Origin: Eledone cirrhosa
Taxonomy: Eukaryota
NCBI GenBank assembly: GCA_964016885.1
Contig: OZ024753.1
Coordinates: 39,866,001 to 39,930,000, forward strand
Direction of reading: 5' to 3'
Length of the DNA stretch: 64,000 nucleotides
Shown here: positions 1 to 12,988 of the stretch, piece after piece
Numbering within the stretch: position 1 is the stretch's first letter
Layout: the number at the start of each line of letters is the position of its first letter
The notes under the pieces: generated by a model
The model's input: only the letters and a program-made list of their open reading frames with translations
Database searches by the model: none
Told to the model about the DNA's origin: nothing
Translations under genes and position numbers: made by a program

Positions 1-372
1 GCTGCTGTAGTATAGTGTGGTTGTTCTATATATTACTGCTGCATCTGCTGCTGTAGTATAGTGCGGTTGTTCTATATATTACTGCTGCATCTGCTGCTGT
101 AGTATAGTGCGGTTGTTCTATATATTACTGCTGCATCTGCTGCTGTAGTATAGTGCGGTTGTTCTATATATTACTGCTGCATCTGCTGCTGTAGTATAGT
201 GCGGTTGTTCTATATATTACTGCTGCATCTGCTGTTGTAGTATAGTGCGGTTGTTCTATATATTACTGCTGCATCTGCTGCTGTAGTATAGTGCGGTTGT
301 TCTATATATTACTGCTGCATCTGCTTCTGTAGTATGCTGCGGTTGTTCTATATATTACTGCTGCATCTGCTG
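1..372. repeat. 46-bp minisatellite, about 8 copies
   Basis: Unit GCTGCTGTAGTATAGTGCGGTTGTTCTATATATTACTGCTGCATCT recurs every 46 bp from position 1. Confidence 0.95.
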
Positions 373-3300
373 CTGCTGTCGTGACTGCAAATGTTGTTGC
401 AGCAGCTACTGCTGCTACTACTTTGGCTGCTGCAGCTGCTGCTGCTACTACTATGGCTGCTGCTGCTATTGCTGTTACTATTGCTGCTGTTGTTACTGTT
501 GTTGTGTTGTTGCTGCTTTTAGTGCTGTTACTATTGCTGCTGTTGTTACTGTTGTTGTGTTGTTGCTGCTGTTGCTGCTGCTGCATTTATGTTCTAGTTG
601 TGGATATTGTTTGTCCCGTAGGTTTCCAACCGTGACTCTTCCACCGAGTTAAACACAAAATAAAGTTATCCAATACAACCTTACACCTATAAGGCAGTAT
701 ACTGTGATTTGAGGGATATTTAGTTGCTATTTCTAGCAAGTTGAGTCACTTTATTCAGGCTCCTTCGTTGCTTTATTGTATGTAATTGTGGATCTATATT
801 ATTGGCTGCTGTTACTGCTGCTGCTGTATCTGCTGCTGCTGTTGCTGCTCTTGTTGTTGCTGCTGTTGTTGCTGTTGTTGTAACTGCTGCTGCTGTTGTT
901 GCTGTTGATGCTGCTGTTGTTGTTGCTGTTGCTGCTGTTTTGTTGTTGTTGTTACTGAAGATTCCTTGTTGTTGCTGCTGTTGTTGTTGTTACTGCTGCT
1001 GTTGTTACTGCTGTTGTTATTGATGCTGTTGTTGCTGCTATTGTTGCTACTGGTGTTGACGCTACTACTGCTGGTTTTGTTGCAGTTATTGTTGCTGCTG
1101 TTGCAGTTATTGTTGCTGCTGTTGTCGCTACTGTTGTTGCTTTTGTTGCAGTTATTGTTGCTGCTGTTGTCGCTACTGTTGTTGCTTTTGTTGCAGTTAT
1201 TGTTGCTGCTGTTGTCGCTACTGCTGCTGCTTTTGTTGCAGTTATTGTTGCTGCTGTTGTCGCTACTGCTGCTGCTTTTGTTGCAGTTATTGTTGCTGCT
1301 GTTTTCGCTACTGCGGTTGCTTTTGTTGCAGTTATTGTTTCTGCTGTTGTCGCTACTTTTGTTGCAGTTATTGCTGCTGCTTTTGATGCAGTTATTGTTG
1401 CTGCTGTTGTCGCTACTGTTGTTGCTGCTGTTGCAGTTATTGTTGCTGCTGTTGTCGTTACTGTTGTTGCTTTTGTTGCAGTTATTGTTGCTGCTGTTGT
1501 CGCTACTGCTGCTGCTTTTGTTGCCGTTATTGTTGCTGCTGTTGTCGCTACTGTTGTTGCTTTTGTTGCAGTTATTGCTGCTGCTTTTGATGCAGTTATT
1601 GTTGCTGCTGTTGTCGCTACTGTTGTTGCTTTTGTTGCAGTTATTGCTGCTGCTTTTGTTTCAGTTGTTGTTGCTGCTTTTGTTGCAGTTGTTGTTGCTG
1701 CTGTTGTTGCTTTTGTTGCAGTTATTGTTGCTGCTGTTGTCGCTAATTTTGTTGCAGTTATTGTTGCTGCTTTTGTTGCAGTTATTGCTGCTGCTGCTAG
1801 ACCTATTCTGCTTGTGCTGCTGTCACTATTGTTATTGTTGCTGTTGGTGCTGTTGTTTGATGTTTTGATGTTGACGTTCGTATTGCTGTTGTTGTTGTTG
1901 TTATGGTTGTTAATTGTTCATGGTTGCTGAGTGTGTAAAGTTATTGCTGCTGCTGCAACAGTTGGTGTAATATTTCAAGCTGCTATAACTGCTGCTGCCA
2001 CTGCGGCGGGTGCTGTGAATGTAATTTTGGCAAAAAAGCGCTGATATTGTTACTGCTGCTGCTGCTGTTGTTGTCACTGATTTTATTGTTGTCACTGTTG
2101 TTGTTGTCACTGTTGTTGTTGTTACTGCTTCTGTTGTTGTTACTATTGTTGTTGTTGTTGTTACTGCTGCTGTTGTTGTTGTTACTGCTGCTGTTGTTGT
2201 CACTGCTGCTGTTGTTGTGGTTGTCAGTGCTGTTGTTGTTGTCACTGCTGCTGTTGTTGTCACTGCTGCTGTGGTTGTCACTGTTGTTGTGGTTGTCAGT
2301 GCTGTTGTTGTTGTCACTGCTGTTGTTGTTGTCACTGTTGTTGTGGTTGTCACTGCTGCTGTTGTTGTTGTTACTGCTGCTGTTGTGGTTGTCACTGCTG
2401 CTCTTGTTGTCACTGTTGTTGTTACTGCTGCTGTTGTTGTTACTGCTGCTGTGGTTGTCACTGCTGTTGTTGTTGTTACTGCTGCTGTGGTTGTCACTGT
2501 TGTTGTGGTTGTCACTGCTGCTGTTGTTGTCACTGCTGCTGTTGTTGTCACTGCTGTTGTTGTTGTCACTGCTGCTGTTGTTGTTACTGCTGCTGTTGTC
2601 ACTGCTGCTGTTGTTGTCACTGCTGCTGTTGTTGTCACTGCTGCTGTTGTTGTCACTGCTGTTGTTGTCACTGCTGTGGTTGTCACTGCTGCTGTTGTCA
2701 CTGCTGTTGTTGTCACTGCTGTTGTTGTTGTCACTGCTGTTGTTGTTGTCACTGCTGTTGTTGTTGTCACTGCTGTTGTTGTTGTCACTGCTGTTGTTGT
2801 TGTCACTGCTGTTGTTGTTGTCACTGCTGTTCTTGTAACTATTGTTGCTGTATTTGTTGCATCCGTTGTTAATATTTAATAACTACCATTCCCAGTACTG
2901 CTGGTGCTATTGTAGTTGTCACTGTTGTTGTTGTCAATGCATGCTGTTGTCACTGCTGTTGTTGTCACTGTTGTTGTTGTCACTGTTGTTGTTGTCACTG
3001 TTGTTGTTGTCACTGCTGTTGTTGTCACTGTTGTTGTTGTCACTGTTGTTGTCACGGTTGTTGTCACAGTTGTTGTTGTTACTGTTCTATTTGTTGAATC
3101 CGTTAATGTTTAACAACTACCATCCCCCTGTTACTGCTGGAACACTACTGCAGCTGCAGTACCTACTATGTTGCTGCAGTATCTATCTTGCTGCAGTACC
3201 TTCCATGTGACATTATTTTTGCCGCCTCTTTTCCCGGTCCTTCGTATTCCTACAGTTGATGCTACTTCTACAGATGTGCTACAACTATTTTCTTTTTGAT

Positions 3301-4630
3301 GTTGTTGTTGTTGCCTGCCTTTGTTGTTGCTGTTGTCATTGTTGTTGAAGCTGTTGTTGTTGTTGTTGTTGTTGCAATCACCGTTCCTGTTGCGATTGTT
3401 GTTGTTGTCGCAATTGCCGTTAGTGCTGCATGTATTGTTGTGATTGTTATTGTTCTGTTGTCGCAATTGCTGTTAGTGCTGCATGTATTGTTGCGATTGT
3501 TATTGTTCTGTTGTTGCACTTTTTGTTGTTGTTGCAATCACCGTTGCTGTTGTGTGTTGTTGTTGTTGCTGTTATTGCTGTTGCTATTGTCGTTGCTGTT
3601 GTCGCAATTGCCGTTAGTGCTGCGTGTGTTTTTGTTGTGATTGTCGTTGTTGTTGCACTTTTTTTGCCGTTGCTGTTGTTGCAATTTTTTGCTGTTGTAT
3701 GTGTTGTTGTCGTGTTGCTGCAATTTTTGCCGTTGCTGTTGTTGCAATTGCCGTTAGTGCTCCGTTTGTTGTTGTTGTTGTTGTTGCGATTGTCGTTGTT
3801 GTTGTTGCGATTGTCGTTGTTGTTGCAATTTTCGTGGTCCTTGCTGGAAATATCGTTGTTTTTGTAGTTTTGTTGTTGTAGTTGTTGCTATCGCTATTGC
3901 ATTACAGTTGCTTTATTGCAACTGCTGTTGTTACAAATGCATTGCAATGTTGTTGTTGTTGTTGTTGCAAATTACTCATTAATGTTGTTGTTGTTTGTGT
4001 TGTTGTTGTTGCTAGCTTTATTGCAACTGCTGTTGCTACAAATGCATTGCAATGTTGTTGTTGCAAAGCATTTATTAATATTGTTGTTGTTTGTGTTGTT
4101 ATTGTTGCTAGCTTTATTGCAACTGCTGTTGCTACAAATGCATTGCAATGTTGTTGTTGCAAAGCATTTATTAATATTGTTGTTTGTGTTGTTGTTGTTG
4201 TTGCTAATGTTGTGTTACAACTGTTGTTGTGTTCACCTCTTTTTATCGATGTGTTGCTTAATATTCGGTTGCAACAGTTGTTATCGTTGTAGTATAGCGG
4301 TTGTTACTTCATTGATTGTTGTTGTTGTTGTTGTTGTTGTCTTGCAACTTCAGCTACTACTACTGCTGCTGCTTCTACTACTACTACTGCTTCTATTATT
4401 ACTACTACATCATTATCATCAACATCACCAACAACACCAACATCAAAATCATTATTACAACTACCACGTGTTGACACTGTTGCTTTTACAACTGCTCTTG
4501 TATGATGGTTGCTGTTGTTGTTGTTGCTGCTGCAGTTGATGGTGTTGTTGCTGCTGCAGTTGGTGGTGCTGTTGCTGCTGCAGTTGCTGCTAATTTTCTT
4601 GTTATTGTTGTTGTATTGCAACTTTTGATG
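373..4630. repeat. Compound (GTT/GCT)n trinucleotide low-complexity region with higher-order units
   Basis: GTT/GCT/GTCACT runs; explains the poly-L/V/T/A ORFs in the track. Confidence 0.9.
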
Positions 4631-4699
4631 ATGTTATTCACTCTGATTCAGTTGAAGCGATAACTACACGAATTTATGCATTTAAATATATCTATCTAT

Positions 4700-5190
4700 C
4701 TAGGGCGGGTAAAATTCCCGAGATCCATGGACGAGTTCTCTCCAGAGGTCTCTGTCCCTCATTATCGCTGCCATGTCCTGCGTCTCCAACAGACCAGTGT
4801 CTGTCCTTAGGGCATCAACATACGTTAACCTTGGTCTTCCTCTTCCAGTGTGTCCATGTAGGGGCTCCCACGGGAGCACTTAGTGCAGTGTCAACTCTGG
4901 ATGTCTGTCCTTAGGGCATCAACATACGTTAATTTGGTCTTCCTCTTCTAGTGTGTCCATGTAGGGGCTCCCACGGGAGCACTGAGTGCAGTGTCAACTC
5001 TGGATGTCTGTCCTTAGGGCATCAACATACGTTAACCTTGGTCTTCCTCTTCTAGTGTGTCCATGTAGGGGCTCCCACAGGAGCACTGAGTGCAATGTCA
5101 ACTCTGGATGTCGGTGAGCATGTCCAGCTAACCTCAGTCTCCTCTGTGTCACTTTTGAGAGGCTCCCATACAGCTCTGAGTATACACTGA
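4700..5190 (-). mobile_element. RTE-like LINE 3' fragment (RT C-terminus) with an internal ~104-bp triplication
   Basis: Minus-strand translation [56 protein letters not shown] matches the RRLRxAGH..LLW.P.G.R.RGRP motif of RTE-type ORF ends; segment repeated at ~4798, ~4902, ~5005. Confidence 0.8.
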
Positions 5191-5192
5191 GG

Positions 5193-5291
5193 ATATATAT
5201 ATATCTATATATATATCTATATATATATCTATATATATATCTATATATATATATATATATATATACGCTTGCAAATATATACTTAGAAATA

Positions 5292-5325
<34 letters not shown>

Positions 5326-5482
5326 CGTACATACATATATACGTACATTCATACAAACATACATATATATATACATACAGACACAAACACTGACATACAA
5401 ATATTATTCATATATACGCATATACATATATACATATACGCATACATACAAATGTAAATGCACATATGCATGTAAACAAACA

Positions 5483-5522
<40 letters not shown>

Positions 5523-6720
5523 ACAGACCCACACACATACACACACACATCCTTCCATCCATCTATACATACATACTTACATACAAAGATACATACACAA
5601 ATACATACATGCATATATACACACATACATGTATACTTATTTTCAAACACACACACATACATATATAAATACATACATTTATATATGCATATATACACAC
5701 ATGCGTGTTTACTTATTTTCAAACACACACACATACATATACAAATACATACATGCATATATATACACATACATGCATATATATACACATACATGTATAC
5801 TTATTTTCAAACATACACATATACATATACAAATACATACATGCATATATATACACATACATGTATACTTATTTTCAAACATACACACATACATATATAA
5901 ATACATACATTTATATATGCATATATACACATGCGTGTATACTTATTTTCAAATATACACACATACACACATACATATACAAATGCATACATGCATATAT
6001 ATACACATACATGCATATATACACACATGCGTGTATACTTATTTTCAAACATACACACATACATATACAAATACATACATGCATATATATACACATACAT
6101 GTATACTTATTTTCAAACATACACACATACATATATAAATACATACATTTATATATGCATATATACACATGCGTGTATACTTATTTTCAAATATACACAC
6201 ATACACACATACATATACAAATGCATACATGCATATATATACACATACATGCATATATACACACATGCGTGTATACTTATTTTCAAACATACACACATAC
6301 ATATACAAATACATACATGCATATATATACATACATGTATACTTATTTTCAAACATACATATACAAATACATACATGCATATATATACACATACATGTAT
6401 ACTTATTTTCAAACATACACATATACATATACAAATACATACATGCATATATATACACATACATGTATACTTATTTTCAAACATACACATATACATATAC
6501 AAATACATACATGCATATATATACACATACATGCATATATATACACATACATGTATACTTATTTTCAAACATATACACATATACATATACAAATACATAC
6601 ATGCATATATATACACATACATGCATATATATACACATACATGCATATATATACACATACATGTATACTTATTTTCAAACACACACATACATATACAAAT
6701 ACATACATTCATACACACAC
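5193..6720. repeat. (TA)/(CA)/(TACA) microsatellites and a minisatellite with ATGTATACTTATTTTCAAAC core
   Basis: Core recurs about every 50-70 bp from ~5630 to ~6680. Confidence 0.9.
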
Positions 6721-7010
6721 AGGCGTGTCAATAAAGATAAATGCACTAATGCATGCGTGCATGCATTCATGCATTCATGCACGTACTTGTAAACATATAC
6801 AGATGGCGCTGCAGCATCTGCTGACGGTTTTCATTTGATGGCTGGCATTGTTAACACCTACGCCCACACACAACTGTATTTGCCCCCCCCCCCCCCCCCA
6901 CCTCACTCTCTGTTTCTCTTTTTCTATAAATATATTATAAATACACCCCCACATGCAGAAACATACACACATATATATACATATACATACACACAGAAAC
7001 ACGCAAGCAG

Positions 7011-7077
<67 letters not shown>

Positions 7078-7089
7078 TTCTTGCGTGTT

Positions 7090-7130
<41 letters not shown>

Positions 7131-7272
7131 TAAAATAACAGATTGAAGTTTAAGCAAAGAATCGCTGCTTTCACCCTTAACGGGATCTTCTGAAACCCAA
7201 TTTGCTCTACGGTTCTTTTATATAGTTATCCTTATCGAGCCCTCTTTGGATTTTAGTCTTCAAATTTATTAT

Positions 7273-7276
<4 letters not shown>
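7131..7276 (+). mobile_element. Short (TA)n-embedded element family B (other copies ~34273-34378, 56291-56702, 61995-62104 minus)
   Basis: AAAATAACAGATT.AAGTTTAAGCAAAGAATCG...TTAGTCTTCAAATT shared among 4 copies, all flanked by (TA)n; the 56291 copy has an inverted 5' arm matching 56580-56612. Confidence 0.75.
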
Positions 7277-7309
<33 letters not shown>

Positions 7310-7312
<3 letters not shown>

Positions 7313-7446
7313 CGAAGGAAATGTGGTAAGGAACCAGGTGGACCATAACGCACCAAAGTACTCAATACTTAGGGTAGTAGAGTGGGTAATAGGAACCAGT
7401 AAGACCCCGACTGCTGAGCTCAAGCCGTCGGGGTCTTACTGGTTCC
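7310..7446 (-). mobile_element. PLE-like fold-back element family A
   Basis: (TA)n-AACGAAGGAAATGTGGTAAGGAACC...GGAACCAGTAAGACCCCGAC / GTCGGGGTCTTACTGGTTCC-(TA)n terminal hairpin. Confidence 0.8.
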
Positions 7447-7471
7447 TATATATATATATATATATATATAT

Positions 7472-7680
7472 AACGAAGGAAATGTCGTAAGGAACCAGGT
7501 GGACCATAACGCACCAAAGTACTCAATACTTGAGGTAGTAGAGTGGGTAATAGGAACCAGTAAGACCCCGACAGCTGAGCTCAAGCCGTTTCGACGGCTA
7601 ATTCTGGAATTAGCCGTCGAAACGTCCAGAATTTGCCGTCGAAACGGCTTGAGCTCAGCTGTCGGGGTCTTACTGGTTCC
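7472..7680 (-). mobile_element. PLE-like fold-back element family A
   Basis: Same body as the 7310 copy with a longer inverted arm containing GAAACGGCTTGAGCTCAGCTGTC (hammerhead 3' half). Confidence 0.8.
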
Positions 7681-8306
7681 TATATATATATATATAATAT
7701 ATATATATTTATATATATATATTACACGCACGCACGCACGCGCGCAAGCAAGCAGACATATATATATGCCCGCATATAGATGTGCAAACAAACGATAGCA
7801 TGTGTAAGTGCATGCGTGTGTAAATTTGTTTGCTTTAACATATTCACACATATGCATACACTCTTTCGTTCAGAAACGTGCATATACAGACACAAACACA
7901 CACACTCATACACACATGAACCACTCATGTATATACGATGGAATATTCATAGTAGAAAAATCTAATATTCATTTTCTAGTGCGTGTATTGGACCTCCGTC
8001 GGTTCTGGTGACGAGTGCTTCAGTTGATTAGACTGAGATGCCACACAATTTCCAAGGCCTCAATTATCATGACAAGGTTTTGGTAAATGCTGAGGCTTAG
8101 CTCGATCCGAGTGCATGGTAAAAATCTACATCTCTACTTTGACCTGCAGTGGGATCGAACTGTGGACCTCATAATTACAACAATTTTAATCTGAACCAAC
8201 GACAGATTCTCCACGTTAGTTGTTTCGAAACGGTACCCCCTGGGACACCGGTGTGTCATGAGATTTAGCGAATAAAATACGCCCAGTGATGATTATTTTC
8301 GAGCAT

Positions 8307-9626
8307 AGTTACGACTCTTTACGATCTGAGTTCAAATCCCGCCGAGGTTGACTTTGCCTTTCATCCGTACGGGGTCGATAAAATAAAGTACCAGTAATGC
8401 ACTGGTGTATTGCTGGCCTTGTGCCTAAAGTAGAAACAATTATATAGTTAAGAGGGTGTTGGATTGGCAGTATCAGTAGAGGGTCAGACGCCATGCTTTG
8501 TAGCAAAGAGTTACGGCCTTTTATGGTCTGAGTTGAAATCCCGCTGAGGTTAACTTCACCTTTCATCCTTACGGGGGTCGATAAAATAAAGTACCAGTAA
8601 TACACAGGGAGAATTGCTGGCCTTGTGCCAAATGTAAAAACAATTATAAAGTTAAGAACTACGTTAGAAAGGAAGGTGGTAAAAATCCCTTGTTGACAAC
8701 GTCAGAAAGATTATGCTTCTTGTTTATAAAGCGGATTGGAGTAGATCCTTCACAGGGAGAGTAATTGTTTCTACTTTTGGCACAAGGCCAGCAATTACCC
8801 AGTGTATTACTGGTACTTTATTTTATCGGCCCTGTAAGGATGAAAGGCAAAGTTAACCTCGGCGGGATTTGAACTCAGAATGGAAAGGGCCGTAACTCTT
8901 TGCGTCAAAGCATGGCGTCCGACCCTCTACCAATACTGCCAATCCACCGCCTTCACAGGGAGAGTAATATTGACGAGTTTGATGAGGATAGGAGCTTGGT
9001 CGGTAGTGCATATCAAGGACTAAGTTATTCAATGTGTTCTTCTTTTAACATAGTGAAAGATTTAGAAATATCGTAAGACAGAGACTTTGCTGCTGCTGCC
9101 CAAGTGATGTAGCTGGTTTATAAAATGTAGCATGGAGAGAAGAAATTGCTTAAAGCTAAGTATGGACTCATAACTCCTACTGGAGAGGTAGGGATGGCTT
9201 GGTGACATATGACATGTCTTGAGCATTTTAGACCTAGCGGAGCCGATCCACTCATCTGGTCTGAACATAATCGATTTTTGTTCAAATCTCGCCGAGGTTA
9301 GCTTTGCCTTTCATCCTTACGGAGTCGATAAAATAAAGTACCAGTAATAAACTGAGGTTGATTTAAACGACTTTTCCCCTACTCCACCCAAAAAATTATT
9401 GGCCTTGTGCCTAATGTAGAAACAATTAAGTTTAGGGCGGTGGATTGGCAGTATCGGTAGAGGGTCAAACGCCATGATTTGCAGCATACAGTTACGGCCC
9501 TTTACAGTCTGAGTTCCAATCCCGCTGATGTTAGCTTTGCCTTTCATCCTTACGGGATCGATAAAATAAAGTACCAGTAATGCACTGGGATATTGCTGGC
9601 CTTGTGCCAAAAGAAGAAACAATTAT
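8307..9626. mobile_element. Cluster of 5 tRNA-derived SINE copies (8307-8442+, 8452-8648+, 8762-8953-, 9280-9428+, 9434-9626+)
   Basis: Head GGGCGGTGGATTGGCAGTATCGG (A-box-like), GAGTTCAAATCCC (B-box), body TTGACTTTGCCTTTCATCCTTACGGGGTCGATAAAATAAAGTACCAG (resembles the Meta-SINE domain, from recall), tail GGCCTTGTGCC.AAAGTAGAAACAATTAT. Confidence 0.9.
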
Positions 9627-9683
9627 TAAGTTTAGGAAACGCTTTACATTTATCTTTGGAACACTAAAACCATTTAGGGAGGG

Positions 9684-9768
9684 TTACCCAGCCATGTAGG
9701 GTTACCCACCCATGCAGGGTTAGTCACCCATGTAGGGTTAGCCACCCATTTAGGGTTACCCACACATG
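9684..9768 (+). repeat. ~19-bp tandem repeat containing TAGGGTTA
   Basis: (CCCATGTAGGGTTAC/GC..) about 4-5 copies. Confidence 0.8.
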
Positions 9769-10389
9769 TTCCACAAATTATGCCGCGCTGATACGATGCT
9801 GCGTTTAATCTGTCTAGACTGGAAGAATTGGAAAGACAAAAAAAAAAAAGAAAAAGCTATAATTCAATAAATAGGTGGGTGCTAAATAGATTTACAGTAA
9901 AAAAAAAACCACTTAGTTTTTTTAAACAGATGCGAGATCAAACGTCAAAAGTTTGTCTACTTTTTGTGTTGTGTATTTGTTGAAGGTGATTAGAACGAAA
10001 TACATTTCCATTGTAACTCATTAAGTGTAACTTTTACAACATTTTTTTTTTTTACCTTTCGTCAACTTGATGTTTTAAAAATAGGTCTATATGTTAATTT
10101 ACTCTCTAATTAAAGATTATAATATATGGTGGTTTGACACGTAATTGTCATTTTGTATTTTAAATATTTAATTGTTTTTGCATAAATTAGTCTGGCTTAT
10201 CATGTTCACACACACACACATAGACAGACATCTATATGAAGGAATGTATACATGTATATAATATATGTACACATACATACATTATGTGTGTATGTATATG
10301 TATGTGTATGTATATATATAAATTTCTCCAAGCCGAAATCTCAATTTTAATCAAAAAATTGGGTGAAAAAGGTTCGGTACTAAAAAATG

Positions 10390-10466
<77 letters not shown>

Positions 10467-11174
10467 TCAATGAGAGAGAGAGAGAGATGAACACACAAAC
10501 TTATATTTGTGTTTATCTCTCTCAGACAGACACATATATAAAATATATGTTCATACATACAATCATAATAAAAAAATTTCCTAACTGAAACTTTTTTCAC
10601 CCATTTTTGCGATTAAGTAAAAACGGAGTTATCGTTCTTGAGATTTCGGCGTGGAGAAATTTGAGGAACTGATGTCGCTACAACGTCAAAGTATTTACCT
10701 CCACTGTTGCATCATGGGAGGGGTAATGGCTGAATTTTATTTTTTTAACGACGTCAAATTTTTAAATTTCTTTCCCGGCAACTTGTTCCTTGTTTGGTAT
10801 AAGTAAATAAATAAAACAATTAATTTACTCCCCTCCTCTCTTTAATCTAAACATCAAATTACCGTCTGGTCGAAAGCAAGAGTAACATATAATCCCTAAA
10901 CCGGTGTCATGATTAATTTTACACTATTATTCTCAAAACAATGTCGAGTATTATGATTATTTTGAAGTTTTATTTATCTTTTATCGCTACACTTTCTGTA
11001 TTTATAATTAAGTAAATTAATTTAAGGTTTTAATACTTTAAATCAGCAAGTTCTCTGGTAGCTTCGTTGGTAGGAATAAGGGGTATTCATTCTTTCGTAA
11101 TGGGGTGAGAGGTTCAATTTCGAGCTGGCGCTGCAGAAGTAATTTTATTTTATTATTTTAACATACAAATTGAA

Positions 11175-11302
11175 CTTTACGATCTGAGTTCAATTCCCGC
11201 CGAGGTTAACTTTGCCTTTCATCCTTACGGGGTCGATAAAATAAAGTACCAGTAATGTACTGGGATAATTGCTGGCCTTGTGCCAAAAAGTAGAAACAAT
11301 TA
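11175..11302 (+). mobile_element. 5'-truncated SINE copy with long target-site duplication
   Basis: ATTATTTTAACATACAAAT occurs on both sides (~11152 and ~11299). Confidence 0.9.
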
Positions 11303-11334
11303 TTTTAACATACAAATATGTATTTTTTTGATCA

Positions 11335-11545
11335 CCATCCTCCTTGCTACCATAGTCGAACATTCCTGACGAAGCCTCTCTACAATTTATGATTTTCCAT
11401 TGATCCTGGCAACAGCTCTTAACTTAGTTTGTATCATCTGAGAGTTTTTAGATGACAGTTTGAGGTAGGTCTTCTTACTCTTGTATCTCCTGTGAGCTGG
11501 TTTCCACAATAGTAGCTTGTGTCTAACTTCCTGCAATGTCCTGAA
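11335..11545 (-). mobile_element. Degenerate RTE-like LINE 3' remnant
   Basis: Minus-strand translation contains QEVRHKLLLWKPAH, interrupted by stops downstream. Confidence 0.4.
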
Positions 11546-12007
11546 AATCGTCAATATTTAGAATCATTGTATTTGTTATCTTGGGCAAGTTTCCGTATAA
11601 ACGTTCGTTTTCATTGAAGTTGCATCAAAGTTATATTCTTTAAAAGCAATGAAATATAAACATTTGAGGTTATTCTTAGAAGCTAAGGTTGAAATTTGTT
11701 TATCCCGAGTCAAATTATTAGAAAGATAAACGAAAGCTTGTTTGATGGACCAATAAAAACGAGTCGAACCTAACACGGATAAGATTGTTTCTAACAGGAA
11801 AATTTATTGAAGTTAGGTTTTTTAATTTTTATAACTAAAAAAACTAATGTTCTTTGAAGACTGAAAACTACTCTATTATAATAATTCCGGATTCTTTATT
11901 GTTCAGGCGGAGATTTGTCAGCCCGAGTTAAACTATTGTGTCCGAGCAGGTATTACACACACAGACACATGCACTCACATACATTAACACATGTGCACAC
12001 ACTTACA

Positions 12008-12049
<42 letters not shown>

Positions 12050-12050
12050 G

Positions 12051-12364
12051 ATAATAATAAGGGCGCTGCGGAGTTGCAAATGGGTTACATATGAAAAAAG
12101 TTTGTCCTTCATCAGTGGTCTTCCAACCATCATAGGCATTTCATCGCTTTAAAGACCATATACCTCCGGTTGGTGCGAGCAACGGCTAAAAAAAGTCGTT
12201 GGGACACGTAAATAAAGGGGACGCTTGTTTACCCTCGCGTCCCCTTTATTTACGTGCCCCAGCGACTTTTTTTAGCCGTTGCTCGCACCAACCGGAGGTA
12301 TATGGTCTTTAAAGCGATGAAATGCCTATGATGGTTGGAAGACCACCTATGAAGGACAAACTTT

Positions 12365-12372
<8 letters not shown>
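12051..12372 (-). mobile_element. (TA)n-embedded fold-back element family E with ~135-bp near-perfect inverted repeat
   Basis: ~12088-12224 is the reverse complement of ~12237-12372 around a 12-nt loop; a unique tail extends on the left. Confidence 0.85.
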
Positions 12373-12399
<27 letters not shown>

Positions 12400-12567
12400 A
12401 AACTGGAACGGGAACAAAATCAGAGGCAGCACAAAAAAGTATATATATATATATAATCAAAAGTTTAGCAAGGTTCATATATATAATCAAAGGTTTACCA
12501 AGGTTCATACTGCTGCCAAAACTGGAATTGAACCATCAGCACAGTTGAGGTACGTCGGACATCAATT

Positions 12568-12633
12568 TATTTTATCTGATGAGGACGTACTGAGGAAACA
12601 GCTCAGTACCTCTGAAATATATATAATAAAATA
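12568..12633 (+). ncRNA. Type I minimal hammerhead ribozyme motif
   Basis: TATTTTAT-CTGATGA-GGAC GTACTGAG gaaacag CTCAGTAC CTCT-GAAA-TATATA-TA-ATAAAATA; perfect 8-bp helix I and palindromic helix III. Confidence 0.85.
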
Positions 12634-12796
12634 TATTTGATCACATGAATGCCTATATTTATTAATATTTTGAAGTAATATATATATTTATATATATGTG
12701 TGTGTTTAAAATACCTTACTATTTAAAAGATTCAAACGATAATTGATTGAGGACTCAATACTGGTGTGTAAAGTGTAAATATTACTTTCTTAGAAA

Positions 12797-12988
12797 AGGG
12801 CGGTGGATTGGCAGTATCGGTAGAGGGTCGGACGCCATGCTTTCCAGCATAGTTACGTCCCTTTACGATCTGAGTTCAAATCCCGCCGAGGTTGACTTTG
12901 CCTTTCATCCTTTACGGGGGTCGATAAAATAAAGTACCAGTAATACACTGGGGTAATTGCTGGCCTTGTGCCTAAAGAAGAGACAATT
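12797..12988 (+). mobile_element. Full-length SINE copy with TSD
   Basis: Same family as the 8307 cluster; TTTCTTAGAAAAG flanks both ends. Confidence 0.92.

Noticed and set aside
302-4621. Long poly-L/V/T/A ORFs (including a mucin-like 304-aa ORF)
   Set aside because: Open in several frames on both strands because trinucleotide repeats lack stops; no unique domain
7158-7196. Family B hammerhead-like motif on the minus strand (CAGAAGA-TCCCGTTAAGGGT-GAAA-GCAGC)
   Set aside because: U4 is replaced by A and no convincing helix III, cleavage triplet or helix I; not called a ribozyme
8307-9626. Regularly recurring repeat resembling a CRISPR array or tRNA genes
   Set aside because: Units are ~190-bp SINEs in both orientations with TSDs; no cloverleaf, no spacer structure, eukaryotic context
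9684-9768. Interstitial telomere
   Set aside because: TAGGGTTA is embedded in a 19-bp unit, not a (TTAGGG)n array
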